Positions 61,679 to 64,000 of a stretch of 64,000 bases of DNA are shown piece by piece; within the stretch, counting starts at the first letter, position 1; each line of letters starts with the position of its first letter. Origin of the DNA: Antedon mediterranea (Eukaryota; Animalia; Echinodermata); contig NC_092678.1 of NCBI RefSeq assembly GCF_964355755.1, positions 8,200,422 to 8,264,421 on the forward strand, given 5' to 3'. Under the pieces are notes generated by a model. It had not been told where the DNA came from. It ran no database searches and saw only the letters and a list, made by a program, of their open reading frames with translations. The position numbers and the translations under genes are program-made.

Positions 61679-64000
61679 TGTCATATTATTTATGTTGTGA
61701 TTCTCTGTGTTTAGAGAAGGATGCTTTAGACCAGGTCCGCCTTATATTATTAGCCAATCAAAATCGTATAATTTTTGGAGGGAAAATGTTATCCTCCTCT
61801 GAAGCCTAAAATTTGCATATCCAGTATAAAAGTAGAATGTAATAGATATTAGAGGAGAAGAGAGATTAAGATCAGAGTAGATAAACGGAAAGATGATAAA
61901 GAAAATAAGGCTTGACTGGTAGTAAGATGTATTAATCGAGTTACAAGGAATAAAAGTTCTAGTTGAGTTAAATATACTTTTTGTATGAGTTATCATTCAG
62001 TGACAGCTGTGTACGTCGCGTGGAAATATATACGCCTGAGAAAGCTCGGAACCAACTAAAATAAATAAATATTCACTACATGGTGGCAGCGGTGAAAATT
62101 TTTGTTTACATGATTTAAGTATCAAGAAGAAGAAGAAGTGACAGTGCCTACTCTACGGGCCTGTTAAATCAGTAACCAAAAAGTTAAATGGTTACGAAGA
62201 TCTGGATTCCTGACAGTTTTTATACCGTGCGTTGTTTGGATATTACAACGAAGAAGAAGTACTGTTGAGCTCAAGACTGCTGGATATTCATCGGAGAGAT
62301 ATATATTCACCGAGATCTGAAAGAAGAAGACTGAAGTAACAGAAGGAAGCCCAGTAAATTTTGAGAAGATTTGCAAAGCTGACTTTGTAAACTATTTTTA
62401 TTTCAAAAGTAAATTTTTGTACGGAGCGAACTTGGAACGTTGTTTGTGACTTTGAAGTAAATTAATGTCTTAGATTGTATTGCATTTAAAAATTTATGTG
62501 GATTTCATATTTTTACATATCTGAATGGAATCAAGTTAATACAATTACAAATACTTTTATAATATATTTTGTATACATAAGTTTACATATTTCATTAATA
62601 AAATTGTTATTAGCATGACAACTTTAAGATCGGGTAAAAATATAGATAAGACTATGTCAGAAAAAGATACTAGGGAAGAAATGGTTGACCAAGAAGAGGT
62701 TGACCAAGTCAATGAAATGTATGATAACATGGCTAGGGATATTGATTTGCCCGAAATACCCGGCGGTATGCCTAAAGATATGATGCTCGAATATTTTCGA
62801 ATGAAGTTCGAGGCCGAGGCCGAAAACAAAAAGTTAGAATTACAATACCAACAAGACCAATTAAGATTAGAAGCAGATATAGAGCAAAGAAAAATTGAAA
62901 ATGATGGAATTAGAAAATAGGTCTAGCTACAGTAATGCTAGGAATATAGTAGATGAAATGAAGGTAAAGGTTCCTACTTTGAAGGAATCAGATGATATTG
63001 ATATATATTTTAGAACATTTGAACACTTGGCAGAAGCCACAGGTTGGGATAAGAATACGTGGTCCGCTAGGTTAGCACCTGAACTGTCTGGTAAAGCTAG
63101 GACAGCATATGCATCCTTAACCGTAAAAGAATGTGTAGATTATGATACCTTAAAGAAGGCAATCTTAGAAAAGTATGATGTGTCCGCAGAGACCTACAGA
63201 TTTAAATTTAGAAATTCAAACAGAGTTAAAGATATGTCCATCAGGGAATGGCTGAATGAGCTCCCATTATTTAAAATGTTGGATGAAATGTGCTAATGTA
63301 AAAGAAGATGATGCTGCAGGCATTATTGAAATGATTATAATGGAACAGGCACTTGATAAAATGCCTGAAGATCTGAGGCTTTATCTTAGAGATAAACAAG
63401 TAAATAAGAGCTATGATATGGCTATGATAGCCGATGATTATATAGCTAATAGAGGTGGCCGTGGCTATTGGAATGCCGTAAATTCTGAAAATAAGCCTAC
63501 GTATTATAAGGGCCAAGAAAATAGTAAACCTAAGAATAGTACGACTCAGAATAACCCTGGAGCTAGGCAGCAAGGATACAATAGGTATCGCGGAAGGGAA
63601 GGCAAATTCCATATCTATGGTAGAAATTTCAAACAGAGAGAACCTTCAAATGAATGGATTAATGGCCTATGCTTTAATTGTAAGGAGAAGGGACATAAAA
63701 TAGGGGATTGTCCTAAGATGGTAGCAAAAGGAAAGACTAGTGACACTAAGAAGGGCCCGAATGTGAAAGATGGTTTAAGATGTGAAGAAATAAAATCAGA
63801 TAGACCCCAAGTAGTTATGGATAGTGTAGAAAATAAAATGGAGAAGTGTACATTAACAGGAAAATTAGAAGGACAGGATATAACTATGCTAAGAGACTCG
63901 GGATGTACCCAGTCAGCTGTTAAGGAAAGTCTAGTGCCTAACAAATGTTACTTGCCAGGAAAATGGGTTACGTTAAGAGGTATAGGAGGCGATATTACCG
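61679..64000 (+). mobile_element. Second Gmr1-like gypsy element (5' LTR, PBS, frameshifted gag, protease), truncated by the window end
   Basis: LTR ends ..CACTACA at 62080 (left edge approximate); PBS TGGTGGCAGCGG at 62081-62092; gag MTTLRSGK..YFRTFEHLAEATGW..LSGKARTAY..ETYRFKFR; CFNCKEKGHKIGDC; MLRDSGCTQS; at least two frameshifts. Confidence 0.85.

Overview
AT-rich, intron-containing animal genomic DNA, probably a marine invertebrate; the DED-type ORFs and TE spectrum suggest an echinoderm, but that is inference. Three spliced host genes lie on +: the last three exons of SENP8/NEDP1 (1446-4645), a complete 9-exon SLC25A20-like carnitine/acylcarnitine carrier (32668-41041) and the 5' part of a multi-death-effector-domain gene (48004-57503+). 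Between SENP8 and SLC25A20 is a ~24 kb patchwork (about 7.6-31.4 kb) of degraded transposon coding fragments: Kolobok-type, KolX/P2X7-ballast-like, piggyBac, Mutator-like, hAT, Harbinger and Myb/SANT, CACTA, pogo-like and gypsy gag. Almost all are on the minus strand and many are joined by short duplications. This is the best candidate for an undescribed system: a possible uni-strand antisense piRNA cluster / TE trap. The window also holds several MITEs with clear TIRs/TSDs, a 5'-truncated LINE, a head-to-tail Helitron dimer plus a third copy, a very young Gmr1-type (IN-before-RT) LTR retrotransposon nested in an RTE LINE, a second Gmr1-like element cut by the window end, and several tandem repeats. 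All calls come from manual reading and motif recall; no database searches were run.
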